Assembly: GCA_002269645.1 (NCBI GenBank)
Contig: NIVC01002375.1
Coordinates: forward strand, 16,165 to 80,164
Length of the DNA: 64,000 nucleotides
DNA from: Macrostomum lignano
Taxonomy: Eukaryota
Reading direction: 5' to 3'
Below are positions 36,898 to 51,000 of the stretch, one piece after another. Position 1 is the first letter of the stretch. Every line of letters begins with the position of its first letter. The notes under the pieces were generated by a model. That model was not told the DNA's origin. It saw only the letters and a program-made list of their open reading frames with translations, and searched no databases. A program made the translations under genes and the position numbers.

Positions 36898-37244
36898 CCT
36901 AGGTACATGTGTAGCCACCTGTCTTGTCTACTAACTGTAAAGAGTATACATTTCTTAGATCAGACTTGTACGAGCGTACTTGGCAAAATATTTTTTTTAT
37001 AATTATGAGCTACAGCAATTGGCAATAACAATGCACTAAAATCAAGGAAGTGAGCTCTTCGTTAAGTTTCCACCATCCGTAGCTCCAAAGATGCAGTAAA
37101 TGCTTACGCTTATATGAACTCGATGCTTAGAGCCAGACTGGAAACTTTTATAAGAAAAAATTTTTTACATTAATTGTCAATATCTGAAGAATTTTGCAAA
37201 ATTATTGGGCAGCAATCAGTTTAAGAATTTGCACAAAAAACTCG

Positions 37245-39435
37245 AAGGATTTTTGGGATCCAAGAATCGAGGGATTTGGGATCTAAGAATCGAGGGACTT
37301 GGGATCTAAGAACTAAGGGCTTGGGATCCAAGAATCGAGGGATTTGGGATCTAAGAATCGAGGGACTTGGGATCTAAGAACTAAGGGCTTGGGATCCAAG
37401 AATCGAGGGATTTGGGATCCAAGAATAGAGGGGTTTGGGATCCAAGAATCGAGGGATTTGGGATCCAAGAATCGAGGGATTTGGGATCTAAGAATCGAGG
37501 GATTTGGGATCAAAGAATCGAGGGATTTAAGATCAAAGAATCGAGGGATTTGGGATCCAAGAATCGAGGGATTTGGGATCTAAGAATCGAGGGACTTAGG
37601 ATCTAAGAACTAAGGGCTTGGGATCCAAGAATCGAGGGATTTGGGATCCAAGAATCGAGGGATTTTTGGGATCTAAGAATCGAAGGATTTTTGGGATCCA
37701 AGAATCGAGGAATTGGAGATCTAAGAATCGATGGATTTGGGATCCAAGAATCGAGGGATTTGGGATCTAAGAATCGAGGGACTTAGGATCTAAGAACTAA
37801 GGGCTTGGGATCCAAGAATCGCGGGATTTGGGATCCAAGAATCGAGGGATTTTTGAGATCCAAGAATCGAGGGATTGGAGATCTAAGAATCGATGGATTT
37901 GGGATCCAAGAATCGAGGGATTTGGGATCTAAGAATCGATGGATTTGGGATCCAAGAATCGAGGGATTTGGGATCTAAGAATCGAGGGACTTAGGATCTA
38001 AGAACTAAGGGCTTGAGATCCAAGAATCGCGGGATTTGGGATCCAAGAATCGAGGGATTTTTGAGATCTAAGAATCGAAGGATTTTTGGGATCCAAGAAT
38101 AGAGGGATTTGGGATCTTAGAATCGATGGATTTGGGATCTAAGAATCGAGGGATTTGGGATCCAAGAATCGAGGGATTTGGGATCCAAGAATCGAGGGAT
38201 TTGGGATCTAAGAATCGATGGATTTGGGATCCAAGAATCGAGGGATTTTTGGGATCCAAGAATCGAGGGATTTGGGATCTAAGAATGGATGGATTTGGGA
38301 TCAAAGAATCGAGGTATTTGGGATCCAAAAATCGAGGGATTGGGATCAAAGAATCGAGGGATTTGGGATCGAAGAATCGAGGGATTTGGGATCCAAGAAT
38401 CGAGGGATTTTTGGGATCCAAGAATCGAGGGATTTGGGATCTAAGAATGGATGGATTTGGGATCAAAGAATCGAGGTATTTGGGATCCAAAAATCGAGGG
38501 ATTGGGATCAAAGAATCGAGGGATTTGGGATCGAAGAATCGAGGGATTTGGGATCCAAGAACCCAGGAATTTGGGATCGAATAATCGAGGGACTTGGGAT
38601 CTACGAACTAAAAGCTTGGGATCTAAGAATCGATGGATTTGGGATCCAAGAATCGAAGGATTTTTGGGATCCAAGAATAGAGGGATTTGGGATCTAAGAA
38701 TCGATGGATTTGGGATCCAAGAATCGAGGGATTTTTGAGATCTAAGAATCGAAGGATTTTTGAGATCTAAGAATCGAAGGATTTTTGGGATCCAAGAATA
38801 GAGGGATTTGGGATCTAAGAATCGATGGATTTGGGATCCAAGAATCGAGGGATTTGGGATCCAAGAATCGAGGGATTTGGGATCTAAGAATCGATGGATT
38901 TGGGATCCAAGAATCGAGGGATTTTTGGGATCCAAGAATCGAGGGATTTGGGATCTAAGAATCGATGGATTTGGGATCCAAGAATCGAGGGATTTTGGAT
39001 CCAAGAATCGAGGGATTTGGGATCAAAGAATCGAGGTATTTGGGATCCAAGAATCGAGGGATTGGGATCAAAGAATCGAGGGATTTGGGATCCAAGAACC
39101 CAGGAATTTGGGATCGAAGAATCGAGGGATTTGGGATCCAAGAACCCAGGAATTTGGGATCGAAGAATCGAGGGACTTGGGATCTACGAACTAAGAGCTT
39201 GGGATCCAAGAATCGAGGGACTTGGGATCCAAGAATCGAGGGATTTGGGATCCAAGAACCCAGGAATTTGGGATCGAAGAATCGAGGGACTTGGGATCTA
39301 CGAACTAAGAGCTTGGGATCCAAGAATCGAGGGATTTGGGATCCAAGAATAGAGGGATTTGGGATCCAAGAACCCAGGGATTTATGATCTAAGAATCGAG
39401 GGACTTGGGATCTAAGAATTGTAGGATCTGGGATC
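37245..39435 (+). repeat. 23-bp minisatellite (PLC intron 1)
   Basis: GGGATTTGGGATC(C/T)AAGAATCGA. Confidence 0.97.
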
Positions 39436-39520
39436 CAAGACTCGAGATAAAATAAAAAGCGGAAAAAATCCTAGGTATAAAAATGAAATGAGATGGTACA
39501 TTGCTCAGAAAGAAGCTTAC

Positions 39521-39643
39521 CTCATCGTACCGATCGAACACAGCGCCCTTCATCAAGTGAGCTGCTACAGGCATGCGCCAGTTGAAATCGTACGCCTTTG
39601 CCGACGGCACAGTCCGCTGCCGTTTAGCAATGTCCGAAGTCAT
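39521..39643 (-). CDS. PLCB4: Phospholipase C-beta (PLCB4/NorpA-like), exon 1 (start, PH domain)
   Basis: MTSDIAKRQRTVPSAKAYDFNWRMPVAAHLMKGAVFDRYDE resembles the PLCB4 N-terminus (AKPYEFNW...GAVFDRYEE). Donor GAG|GTAAGC; 123 nt, phase 0. Confidence 0.85.
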
Positions 39644-39989
39644 GATTAATGACTATTGATTGATCGGACCAAATAAGGCTGGCTGATTGTGAGCCAGATA
39701 ATGTCCAAACGCACTCACTCACACACACACCGCAAGCAGCTGGGCAGTGCAGGATCGGTGTGTGCGTGGGGGCGACGAGGTTCGTCTACCCTTGGGTAGC
39801 CCGTGATTGAAAATTGGTCTGCAAAAATTAAATATTCCAAACTAAAATTGCATTGCAGAATAACTGCATCATAATTGTAATCGTAATCGATAGACCTTAG
39901 TTTAAGTAAACGTTTTAATAGCTTTTTAACTCTCCAAATGTTATATTACTAAACTAACAGATATGTGAATCGAAATTACAAAATCACAT

Positions 39990-41000
39990 TCTACAAATCC
40001 GATCATTCAGCGGACGCATTCTATAGATCAGGTCATTCAGGACACATTCTGATCTAGTCATTCAGTGGACACATTCTACAAATCTGGTCATTCAGTGGAC
40101 ACATTCTATAGATCTAGTCATTCAGTGGACACATTCTATAGATCTAGTCATTCAGTGGACACATTCTATAGATCTAGTCATTCAGTGGACACATTCTATA
40201 GATCTAGTCATTCAGTGGACACATTCTATAGATCTAGTCATTCAGTGGACACATTCTATAGATCTAGTCATTCAGTGGACACATTCTATAGATCTAGTCA
40301 TTCAGTGGACACATTCTATAGATCTAGTCATTCAGTGGACACATTCTATAGTTCTAGTCATTCAGTGGACACATTATATAGATCTAGTCATTCAGTGGAC
40401 ACATTATATAGTTCTAGTCATTCAGTGGACACATTCTACAAATCTGGTCATTCAGTGGACACATTCTATAGATCTAGTCATTCAGTGGACACATTCTACA
40501 AATATAGTGATTCAGTAGACACATTCTACAAATCCAATCATTCAGTGGACACATTCTATAGATCTAGTCATTCAGTGGACACATTCTATAGATCTAGTCA
40601 TTCAGTGGACACATTCTACAAATATAGTGATTCAGTAGACACATTCTACAAATCCGATCATTCAGTGGATTCAGTGGACACATTCTATAGATCTAGTCAT
40701 TCAGTGGACACATTCTATAGATCTAGTCATTCAGTGGACACATTCTATAGATCTAGTCATTCAGTGGACATATTATAGAGAACTAGTCATTCAGTGGCAC
40801 ATTCTACAAATATAGTGATTCAGTAGACACATTCTACAAATCCGATCATTCAGTGGATTCAGTGGACACATTCTATAGATCTAGTCATTCAGTGGACACA
40901 TTCTATAGATCTAGTCATTCAGTGGACACATTCTATAGATCTAGTCATTCAGTGGACACATTATAGAGAACCGGTCATTCAGTGGACACAGTCTACAGTT
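39990..41000 (+). repeat. 30-bp minisatellite upstream of the PLC start codon
   Basis: GATCTAGTCATTCAGTGGACACATTCTATA. Confidence 0.97.
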
Positions 41001-41999
41001 GGGGTCATTCGTAACACAATATAGCTGCTGGGGTGCAACAAATAAATATATTTTATAAAGAATAGCATTTCTGTTTCGAATCGAAAAGGATAGCTATTAA
41101 AAGACTGTATTAGATGCACCGTGTAAGCTGTACACCTTTCTTATATTTAGCATTTGCATAGCTTACACCCAGAGCATGTGGCAGCTGGCTGCAATACATT
41201 ACGCGGGGCCCGGCAGGCCCAGTCCAGTTTAGTTTGGTTGGGTTTAAGCGGAGGTTTGAAAAAAATCGCCGCTAAAACGCAGCAGACGTACGCGCAGGCA
41301 GTGCACAACACAAAAATCTAAATCCTATTCTATCCTATCTGGGAGCATATAAACAGTCAGAATACTTTCTCATCTACTTTATCCCCAACCTCCCCCAGTT
41401 TTTTCTCTATTCTACTAAACATCCCGTCGAGATTACTGCGCAACAGAAGAGGTGCAGAAAAATTAGTCAATTCCCTCCCCCTCCCCAGCGAAGGGGAAGA
41501 GAAAGGCGGGTACCGCGCATACAAGCACACACACTGACACGGGTGCAATAAAGCCAAGCCAGTGGTTGCCGGGCTGGTGTGGAAATCAGCCGAAGTATGT
41601 TCAGTCAGCCAGTCGGCCCCCACTATTCTGCACCCACCTATAGCTATGCTAGTGATTGATTTAAAAGTACAAATAGGCTAAGAAGCAGCGAGTTGGGAAG
41701 TGGCGCGCTTAAGCCAGAAAGCTTTCATTTAACCATGGCAGAGATTAACTTGCCTACCGCAACATATAGAGAATTGCACTAGTTAACAGAGAAAAGCTTC
41801 ACGTGCTGTGGGATTAGTTAGTTGGGTCTTTAACGGGGACAAACTGTTAGCTAGTAGTAACGCAATGTTTTGGCTCATAAGTACACTGAGAACTAAATAA
41901 TAATTAAAAATTCCCGATCAAGATTCCATGGTTATGTTACGAAAGACAATGATTGCTTAAAGTATAAATTTGAATCACACTATTTGCAAAGAACTCATC

Positions 42000-42850
42000 A
42001 CAGGGAAATCGCTCATATTGTTAATGACTCATAGGGAAATTGCTCATGTTGTCAAGGACTCATAGGGGAATTTCTCATATTGTCAAGGACTCATAGAGGA
42101 ACTGCTCATATTGTCAATGTCAAGGACTATGGGAATTGCACATATTGTCAAGGACTCATAGAGGAACTGCTCATATTGTCAAGGACTCATAGGGGAATTG
42201 CTCATATTGTCAAGGACTCATAGGGGAATTGCTCATATTGTCAAGGACTCATAGGGGAATTGCTCATATTGTCAAGGACTCATAGGGGAATTGCTCATAT
42301 TGTCAAGGACTCATATGGGGAATTGCTCATATTGTCAAGGACTCATATGGGGGAATTGCTCATATTGTCAAGGACTCATATGGGGGAATTGCTCATATTG
42401 TCAAGGACTCATATGGGGAATTGCTCATATTGTCAAGGACTCATATGGGGGAATTGCTCATATTGTCAAGGACTCATATGGGGGAATTGCTCATATTGTC
42501 AAGGACTCATATGGGGGAATTGCTCATATTGTCAAGGACTCATAGAGGAACTGCTCATATTGTCAAGGACTCATAGAGGAACTGCTCATATTGTCAAGGA
42601 CTCATAGAGGAACTGCTCATATTGTCAAGGACTCATAGGGGAATTGCTCATATTATCAAGGACTCATAGAGGAACTGCTCATATTGTCAAGGACTCATAG
42701 AGGAACTGCTCATATTGTCAAAGACTCATATGGGAATTACTCATATTGTCAAGGACTCATAGAGGAACTGCTCATATTGTCAAAGACTTATATGGGAATT
42801 GATTATATTGTCAAGGACTCAGGGGAATTGCTCAGATTGTGAATGATTCA
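42000..42850 (+). repeat. 30-33-bp minisatellite
   Basis: GGGGAATTGCTCATATTGTCAAGGACTCATA(TG). Confidence 0.95.
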
Positions 42851-43500
42851 TAGAGGGGATCTTCTCAGATTATTGATGACACATAGAGGGAGTTGCTAAG
42901 GTTGCCTAGACTTTTGGGAAATTGCTAAAATAATTGAAATCACTGAGCAGTACGAAAAATTACTATAAAATTTGAAAGGCAAACAAAGATATAAAACTAA
43001 ATGATTAATTATAAATCTGAACCAATGTTTAAAGCTTTTGATATAGAACTTTTGCCTATCATATTTTATTTGAAAATGTCATTCCATATACTGTATATTT
43101 TATTATCATGTTATTATACTTAGTTTTAAGAGATCATATTACAAAATTTTTGCAATAGTATTTCAAATATATTCTTCTTATAAGCATGCATTTGTACATT
43201 AATAATTTTATATAATAGGAATCATATTGAATTTGCCTTGTCTTTATAATTGCATATTAAAAATACAAAAAACTCTATAAACAAAAGGCTATATCATAAA
43301 TGTGCTACTGTTGCCAACTAAACTGGCTAGTATAAATTGTGGCAAACCATGACTAAGTTTGAAATTTTATGTATTTTTAGAATCTTAGATGTTTAGCATT
43401 TTGACAAAAGTTAAGGCTTTTTTACTTTTGTATAAGAGACAAACTAAATCATATTTCAGTAAAATCTAAGTTATAACTTGATTTAATTTAGGGATTATCT

Positions 43501-44440
43501 TAGGGATTCCAATCCCGGGATCCCGGGATCCCGGGATCCCGGGATTGGGGCCAAAAATCCGGGATTTGAATCCTGGGATTTTTTTGGGAATGGAATCCCG
43601 GGATTTTTAATCCCGGGATTGCAAAAGACCGGGATCGGGATCCCGGGATTTCAAGGCCTTAATCCCGGGATTGGTCCGGGATTAGAACGACCTTTCAATG
43701 CCTAAATTAGATAATTTAAAGTCTAAACGTTTATTTGAATAATAAAACATTTATTTGTTTTTGCTGTTTCTCAATGAAACGTTAAACATTTGCAAAGCTC
43801 CTGTCCTAATTGAGCTAAAAATTGTTAATGTGAACTGTAAATTATAGATAATTTTAACTTTTTTTCGTTTTCTACCACGAGACGAGACTGAGGGCCTTTT
43901 CATATTGCTTGCTCTGGTTCCAGAACAAGAACCAATTTGTGAAGTATAAACTTTTTGTCTCCATAACTAGAGGGAGATACGTGCTATAAAGTTTTTATTA
44001 TTGAATGACAGTCGCCAAGAAGAAAGTGAAAAATTGTGCTAAGTGAGGCTGTTAAGGCAGTCAAATATTAACAGAGTTTAATAGTTATACTGCTGTTTTT
44101 CTTCGAATTCCGAACCGATTCTGGTTCTGGAATTGGTAATATGAAAAGGCCCTGAGACTCTGAGAGTCGCGAGACCATGACTACTGCACGCGGCACGCCG
44201 CACAGTCCGTCTAGCAATTTAGGGATTCCAATCCCGGGATCCTGGGATCCCGGGATTGGGGCCAAAAATCCGGGATTTGAATCCCGGGATTTTTTTGGGA
44301 ATCGAATCCTGGGATTTTTAATCCCGGGATTGCAAAAGCACCGGGATTCCGGGATTTTGAATCCCGGGATTTCAACAGCATCGGGATTTCGGGACTATTC
44401 AATCCCGGGATTGTAAAATGTCGGGATTTTGGAATCCCTA
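43501..44440. mobile_element. Composite non-autonomous hAT-type element
   Basis: TIR TAGGGATTCCA / TGGAATCCCTA; 8-bp TSD GATTATCT at 43493-43500 and 44441-44448; many subterminal CCGGGAT repeats; second left end at 44220. Confidence 0.85.
43892..44152. mobile_element. PIF/Harbinger (Tourist-like) MITE nested in the hAT-type element
   Basis: 15-bp TIR GGGCCTTTTCATATT / AATATGAAAAGGCCC; 3-bp TSD TGA; 261 bp long. Confidence 0.8.
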
Positions 44441-44794
44441 GATTATCTATATACAACACCGAGATGTCATATAGATAGATAAATATATTTTAATGTTTCA
44501 TAAAATTTTTAATAAATTTTAGTGTATAATATGTTAATCAGCAATTACAAGTTTATTATAGGACTAAAAAAGGATAAACATTAAATAAAATAAACTTAAA
44601 AATAGATAAAAACTTACAGGCTACAGCTATATACATTTATAATTTAAAACTTATTAATTCATTCTAAATCACATTCAATATTGTCAAATTAGAATCACTT
44701 TAAACTTTCTAGAAAATGCAAATTTGAATTTTGAATACTTTAATTTGTTTTTTATTATTGATTAAGGCATATTGGAATTCTAAATTTTGAATAA

Positions 44795-45545
44795 TATAGC
44801 TTATTGCAGCCCATTTGGGCTTATGCGCATGGAATTTAATCCAAGATATGTTTGTCAAAGTAATGGAGCTTTTGTCTATGGTAGCAAGGCTGACACAGCA
44901 GCATTTAATTTGGTCCAACAAGCATCAATTTGGTCCATTTAGTTCATTTGCAGCTCAGTCCCAGAATTGTAGACCATATGCTAGGCTGTTGAACAAATGT
45001 CATTGGCTTGTGATCGAAGCACTTGATGGAGGTGAACACCCAAAGGACATTGCAAGGTTGCTGAATGTAAAAGAAAAGGTGGTTTACAGCATCCAGCAGC
45101 GCCTTGAAACTCTGTTGGCAGAGATTGCCTGCAAAAGGGTGGCAATTGCCAAGGAAAGTTGCTCGAGAGCCTCAGGTCCAACTGCTACTCGATGCAATGG
45201 AGACGAACCCTTTGTTGAGATTTCAGAAAATGCAGCAGAAGTTGAGGTAACAGCTCCAGTTGGTTATCAGATTTCGAATATCAGCAGAGCTCTGGAAAAG
45301 CAACTGAAAATTGTTGGTAGAGATGCTGATATTCCAGCAGTGCGCAACAACCTGCAGACGGTTGAGAGAAGGCAAGAGTTTGTCCAATGGCTCACGAGTG
45401 TTTGGACCAAATGGATGCTTGTTGGACCAAATTAAATGCTGCTGCGCCAGCCTTGCTACCATAGACAAAAGCTCTGTTATATTGGCAAACGTATCTTGGA
45501 TTAAATTAAATGTGTGTAAGCCCAAATAGGCTACAAAATGCTATA
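44795..45545 (+). mobile_element. Tc1/IS630-like transposon remnant with long imperfect TIRs
   Basis: About 145-bp inverted repeats (44795-44938 and 45403-45545) ending TATAGC/GCTATA. Interior encodes an HTH-like LVIEALDGGEHPKDIARLLNVKEKVVYSIQQR and RNNLQTVERRQEFVQWL; no DDE domain. Confidence 0.7.
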
Positions 45546-47791
45546 TATATAAAATCAAATTGCATATTTTATTTATTATATATACATTTATATTTAAAGT
45601 ATACTATTATATGCTAATATTTTAATGAGCTTCTATTACAATATATACTACTATTTACTTCCACAAGACTTTTGCTATCTAACATGTATACTAATTTGTA
45701 TATAATTTTATTTATATAGATCTTTTTGGACTAAATAAGACTATTAAAATACTGGGCAGTCTTTTAAAGCAAAATAAGGTTCATTTATAAATAATTTATT
45801 TATAAATTTAAGGTTATTTTAAAACCTTATTTATAAATTATATAGTGATACAAATAGTCTTGATTTCAAGTTATACAATATACAGAGCTTCTTTACTTTA
45901 CTTTACTTTGTTTTTTACTTATATCAAAGGTTTTTTCTATAGACTAGGGCCTAGAGCTTTTAGTCTAGTCTAGACTATAATTGGGAAGGTAGCAAAGCTT
46001 GCACTTAAAAATACTATAAAAACTGTTAGCACTGTGTGCCAAAAAACCAAGGTAGTTTTATGCTACTTAGTACCCACACTCCGAATCATGTAGTATACAC
46101 CCAAAAATTTGGGAGTGCATTGATCTTGCATGCCAAAAGTAGCATACATGCACAACAGTTGGCTGAGTTAGCCAATCTGGCCAACCAATTTGGCGGCCAA
46201 GTAAGGTAAGTCACAAAAATGCCCATCCAAATAAATAAATAAATAAATGCAGGAGTACTAAGTAGATAACAAGACATTTTGCCTTAATAAAACAGTCATA
46301 GTTACTCCTGCCATTTAGCCAACTGCATTATTTTGCTTTCTGGTTTCCTTTATATGTAAATCACATTATTTTTTGCTAAAACTACCAGTAAGTTACACAG
46401 CTGACCAAATTTTGGAAGTTGTGCATGTATAAAAAGTAGGCGTGTACAGTTGGCATGCATCACTCCAAAGAAAATAGTGTACATGCACACCTGGTATGCA
46501 CTTTATAAAATCATGCAGAAAAGTTATTTTGAAGTAGAAGAGTTTATTTTAAGTGTAAATTTCAAGCTTTCTGGGTTTTTAGACTTATAATATAGCATTT
46601 TAACAAATCCTTGCATGCATCAATTTCCATAGTAAATATTATTGCCAAAAGAAGCAGAAAAATCAACCAAATTATCCACCAAAAAGGTTTCATTAGGCAA
46701 TTTAAAAAAGGTCATTTATTGTTAGAATATAAAAAAGGTCATTTATTGTCGCAATCGCAACATTGGCATAGTTTTGAAAATGGGCATGTACTCAATTTTT
46801 TTGGCCTGCATTTTGTAATTATTAGATTTTTGTTCTGGCATGCACCTAGCATGATCTAGACTATGGCTTAGCACAGGGTAGTTATAAATATAAACATAGT
46901 GGAAAGGCAAGGATCACCTATTTTGCTACAGATTAATGCTACCTAATAATTTGACCAATAAATTTTGCATTAAAAAATAAACTATATGGTTTCAAATGAA
47001 AATTGAAAAAAATAAAATTAACAATTATTGAAATATATCTAAAAATTATAGTTAGATAGGATATAGTAGGCAATAAAATTAACAAAGATTCGCACAATTT
47101 TCTTACTTGGTACTATACAGGATTTTCTTTTATTTCTCATTATAGTTATAGCAATGCCATATTTCATTATCAGATCTACACTAAATAATATAATACTAGA
47201 CCACTTTTTGTGCTACTGCTATGTACATTGTATTAGGATTCAAGAAGCTAATGCTAGACCACTTTCTGCATTGAAATTTTCTATAAAATGACCATTTTCC
47301 TGACCATGGACATGGTTATAGTCATGGAGTCTAGAATAAAGGCCAGAGATAAGATAAGATCAATGATAAAGCATATTTGGCTTTGAAAAATGTTATATTT
47401 AATACTTAATTTACAAACCATTAAAAGGTTGATTCAATTGCTATCAATTGATACCATTTTTATATATCAGCACAGGCTGCGACAGGCGCACACATTGTAT
47501 GTATAGCATCTATTAAAAAAACTCATATAATGATAAAATAAAAAACTGTAACACTTGCTGCTGTTACTGAATACTGCGACTGTGACAGTACTACAAAAGT
47601 TGCAGTTATTATAGCTACTAGCTAGACCTATTGCCATATTGGCTATTTTATAGCAAAGTTAAAAAGCCTAAATTAAATAGAATAGACATATAGTTTATTT
47701 ATTTATTATATTATAAAGTGGATTCAGCCATTCGGGATGATACAAGTTTATATATTAGGGGCCGATTGTTCAAAAGTTAGTCAAGTCATTA

Positions 47792-48053
47792 GGCCTTTTC
47801 ATATTGCTTGTTCTGGTTCCAGAACCAGAACCAATTTGTGAAGTATAACCTTTTTGTCTCCATAACTAGAGGGAGATACGTGCTATAAAGTTTTTATTCT
47901 TGAATGACAATTGACAAGAAGAAAGTGAAAAATTGTGCTAAGTGAGGTTGTTAAGGCAGTCCAACATTCAACAGAATTAAATAGTTATACTGCTGTTTTT
48001 CTTGGAAGATCCGATCCGATTCTGATTCTGGAATTGGTAATAGGAAAAAGCCC
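47792..48053. mobile_element. Second, more decayed copy of the same Harbinger-type MITE
   Basis: Aligns end to end with 43892-44152 (shared core CCATAACTAGAGGGAGATACGTGCTATAAAG). Right TIR is degenerate and no TSD is seen. Confidence 0.8.
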
Positions 48054-51000
48054 CGGGCACGGGCAGGCCGCAGGGGAGCCGAATTCAAAATAGAAATACA
48101 AGGCGTCTTTAAAATTGGCGCCATTTTAATAAGCGAGTTGCGTAGGTCTAAAAAATTCCGGAAAATGTTTACTTTCAGAAATCAAAAAAATACAATTAGC
48201 AAAATATAATATTTGTGTTTTTTCACCATGTATTACAGCATATGTAACACATAAATGCAGCATTTTTTCATGATCAATTTATATTATTATTATATGAAAA
48301 AATTGTAAATTTAGCGGCAAGATAATCTCATCTTGATTTTTAACGGGAATTGACAGTCGTCATAAAGATGCCGAAGCAATTACCAACACTTCTGAATATA
48401 GTTAGAATGCTGTCCAATGATTTAAGGGAGAGCTTGCCTAACATATAATGGTGAAGCTCCGCGTTTTTTTCCTAAAATTGGTGATAAGCCCAATGCATCT
48501 AATACATGTATATAGTATAAAGTATATAAATGACTGATTTATACTTGCTTGCATAATAAATCGTTTCATTGAAGGATTACTTAAGTTTACATTTTGTAGC
48601 AATATCTTATCGCAATGTCGCAGTATACTATTTTTCTATAGTGTTCTTACTTCTCGATTGTACAATCGCAGCGCAATGCACAAGTCGATCCTCCAATATG
48701 TACTGTAATAGCCGAGGTATTTTACTAAATGCACCTACATATGTCCTCGAAATGATACGGATCAGTTTTAGGAACAGAAAAACAGAATTTTTGTCTCATT
48801 GTACAAGAGTGTCGAGACATCTGTACTCGATACCTTCTATGTCAAGGTTAAATAAAAAAACATAAGACCGGTGCTAGTCACCACAATGAGAATACAGGGG
48901 CGTATATAGCCATCCCCTGCCCCAATCGGCTGGCAAAGCATGTGGTGCCTGCCCCCTTGCCAGCAGGCCCGGAGCCCCTTGGCCTCCAATCATGACGTAC
49001 CCTGGCTAAGGCCCTGTCAAAACGTGCACATCTAATTACCTAATGCAAGCACAAATGCAATAAATAAAAGCACAATTAAGCAACTCGATAAAAAACAGCA
49101 AAACCAAATTTGCTAGAAAAAAAAGTGTGATGCTTAAGCGTCAAACATATTAAAGTCATTCTAGTTTTATTTAAATTAATATCCAAATATATGTAAAGGG
49201 GCGTAAAAACATTTACTGTATACCAGGCTTATGCATACAATTTAAGGGGCCCGAGACAAAGAGAGCAGATCCTTACGTGCGTGCATACTAAAAATTAGAA
49301 CTAGAAATAAAATAATTCTCCTTTGTGAGGCATACTACTCATTTACACTACTTGTATGCCCAATTCGCAAACTTATAGAGGCATACTCATAAAAAATTAG
49401 CGTCAAAAAAGCAAAATAAGATAAGGACACATAGAGACAGAGCAAAGTCTTGGAAAGATTCGTGCAAATGTTCATTTACATATATTATATTATTATTACT
49501 ATAGGATTTTTCAACACTAGCAAAAGGCATCTTTCAATTATCGCGTCGCGAGCGCCGATTTCCTGGAAAAATCGATTTGGAAAAAACGAGCGCACGCACG
49601 CTGGCAGCACAGAAAGTGAAAGAAAAATTACTGAAATTTAATAAGCAATAGAAAACAACGCGGGAATCGAAGAAAACAAGAAAACAAAAAAATTGATATT
49701 CTACCGGTAAATACAGACAAGCAGTGAAGGAAGGAGCTCTAAGTAGTAAGTAAGTAGTATATATTTAGAGATACGTACGATAAAATTGAAAAAAGACAAA
49801 AGATACAGAGATTAAAACAAAAAACGATTTTCTGTAATTGTTTGCAACGCAAGTTTGAAAATCTATTATAACGACAGTTAGTTTATGTCTTGTGATTTCT
49901 CAAGCGACTTGCACAGCTTTAGATTTCCAACAAAGTTTGATCAAAGCCAATTGTATTTTTATCACAAAGCTTTGCGGTCATAAACTACTAATTAAGCAAA
50001 TGAATTCACAGTTAATTATAAACAAGCTCAATTAGTGATGGGATGCCACAAACAAAAAGCAATTACGATAATTACGACACTTGGATAATTAAATAATAGA
50101 TCAGTTTTATTTTGTCGACTGTTAGATAGCTTTTAATTTAAATAGCAAATAAAATAGCCAAAATACAAGTAAGGGACTGAAAAAACACTGAAACTACTTT
50201 TAGTAGTGCATCTGATCGAATTCCATTGTGGCTCCTACATTGAAATTGCCTTCAAGCATAAGCATTAGCAGCATATTTATAAAAGTGCATCGACATACTT
50301 TATTGCAAATTACGTACTTATTTATCTTAGCTTTTTTAGCCAATATAGGCCAAAAAAAATAGTTTATTGACAAAAATAATGATTCACATATTTATCTTGG
50401 CAGTAGTATTGGCACTGGTGTACAGTAACTGGCCTTTTGACTTTTTTAGTCTTATGCATAAATTATTTAGGACTTTGAAAATAATTTGTGACTTAAATTT
50501 TAAGTAAGAAAAGAGTAGACAGTTGCAATTTAGTAGCATATTAAGGACATTAAGCGTCCACAGTTGTGTACACGTGACATTGAAAATTGGATTTATACAG
50601 AAGCTAAATTATTTAGGCTTGGCAGGCAGTGAGTGAGTACGGCAAAAAATCTAACTGAAAGATCAACTTCCTGGATACCGTGAAGAAACTTATTATCTAA
50701 CCGACGTCCGTCCGTATGAGTGAACTAAAAAATAAACAAAAATAACAGTTTGAAGCAAAATACGCTACTCGCTACTAATAATTTCACTTTATCTAATGAG
50801 TAGTAAAGAAAGCAAATTTATATAACCTTAAAAAAGAATAGATACCTCAATTAGACGCACGCGGGTTTGAAAGAGGAAAATCATTTATATTTCTAAGGCC
50901 ATTCGTTTTGATGCAGAGAGATTGGGGGGGGGGGAAACACGCAAGCAGTTTATATGAGGAAAGCAAAATGAATTTTAGAAAAATTGAAAAGCAACTTGCA

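Noticed and set aside
48895-49016. Small hAT-like MITE (CAGGGGCGTA...AAGGCCCTG)
   Set aside because: The ends match poorly and there is no 8-bp TSD.
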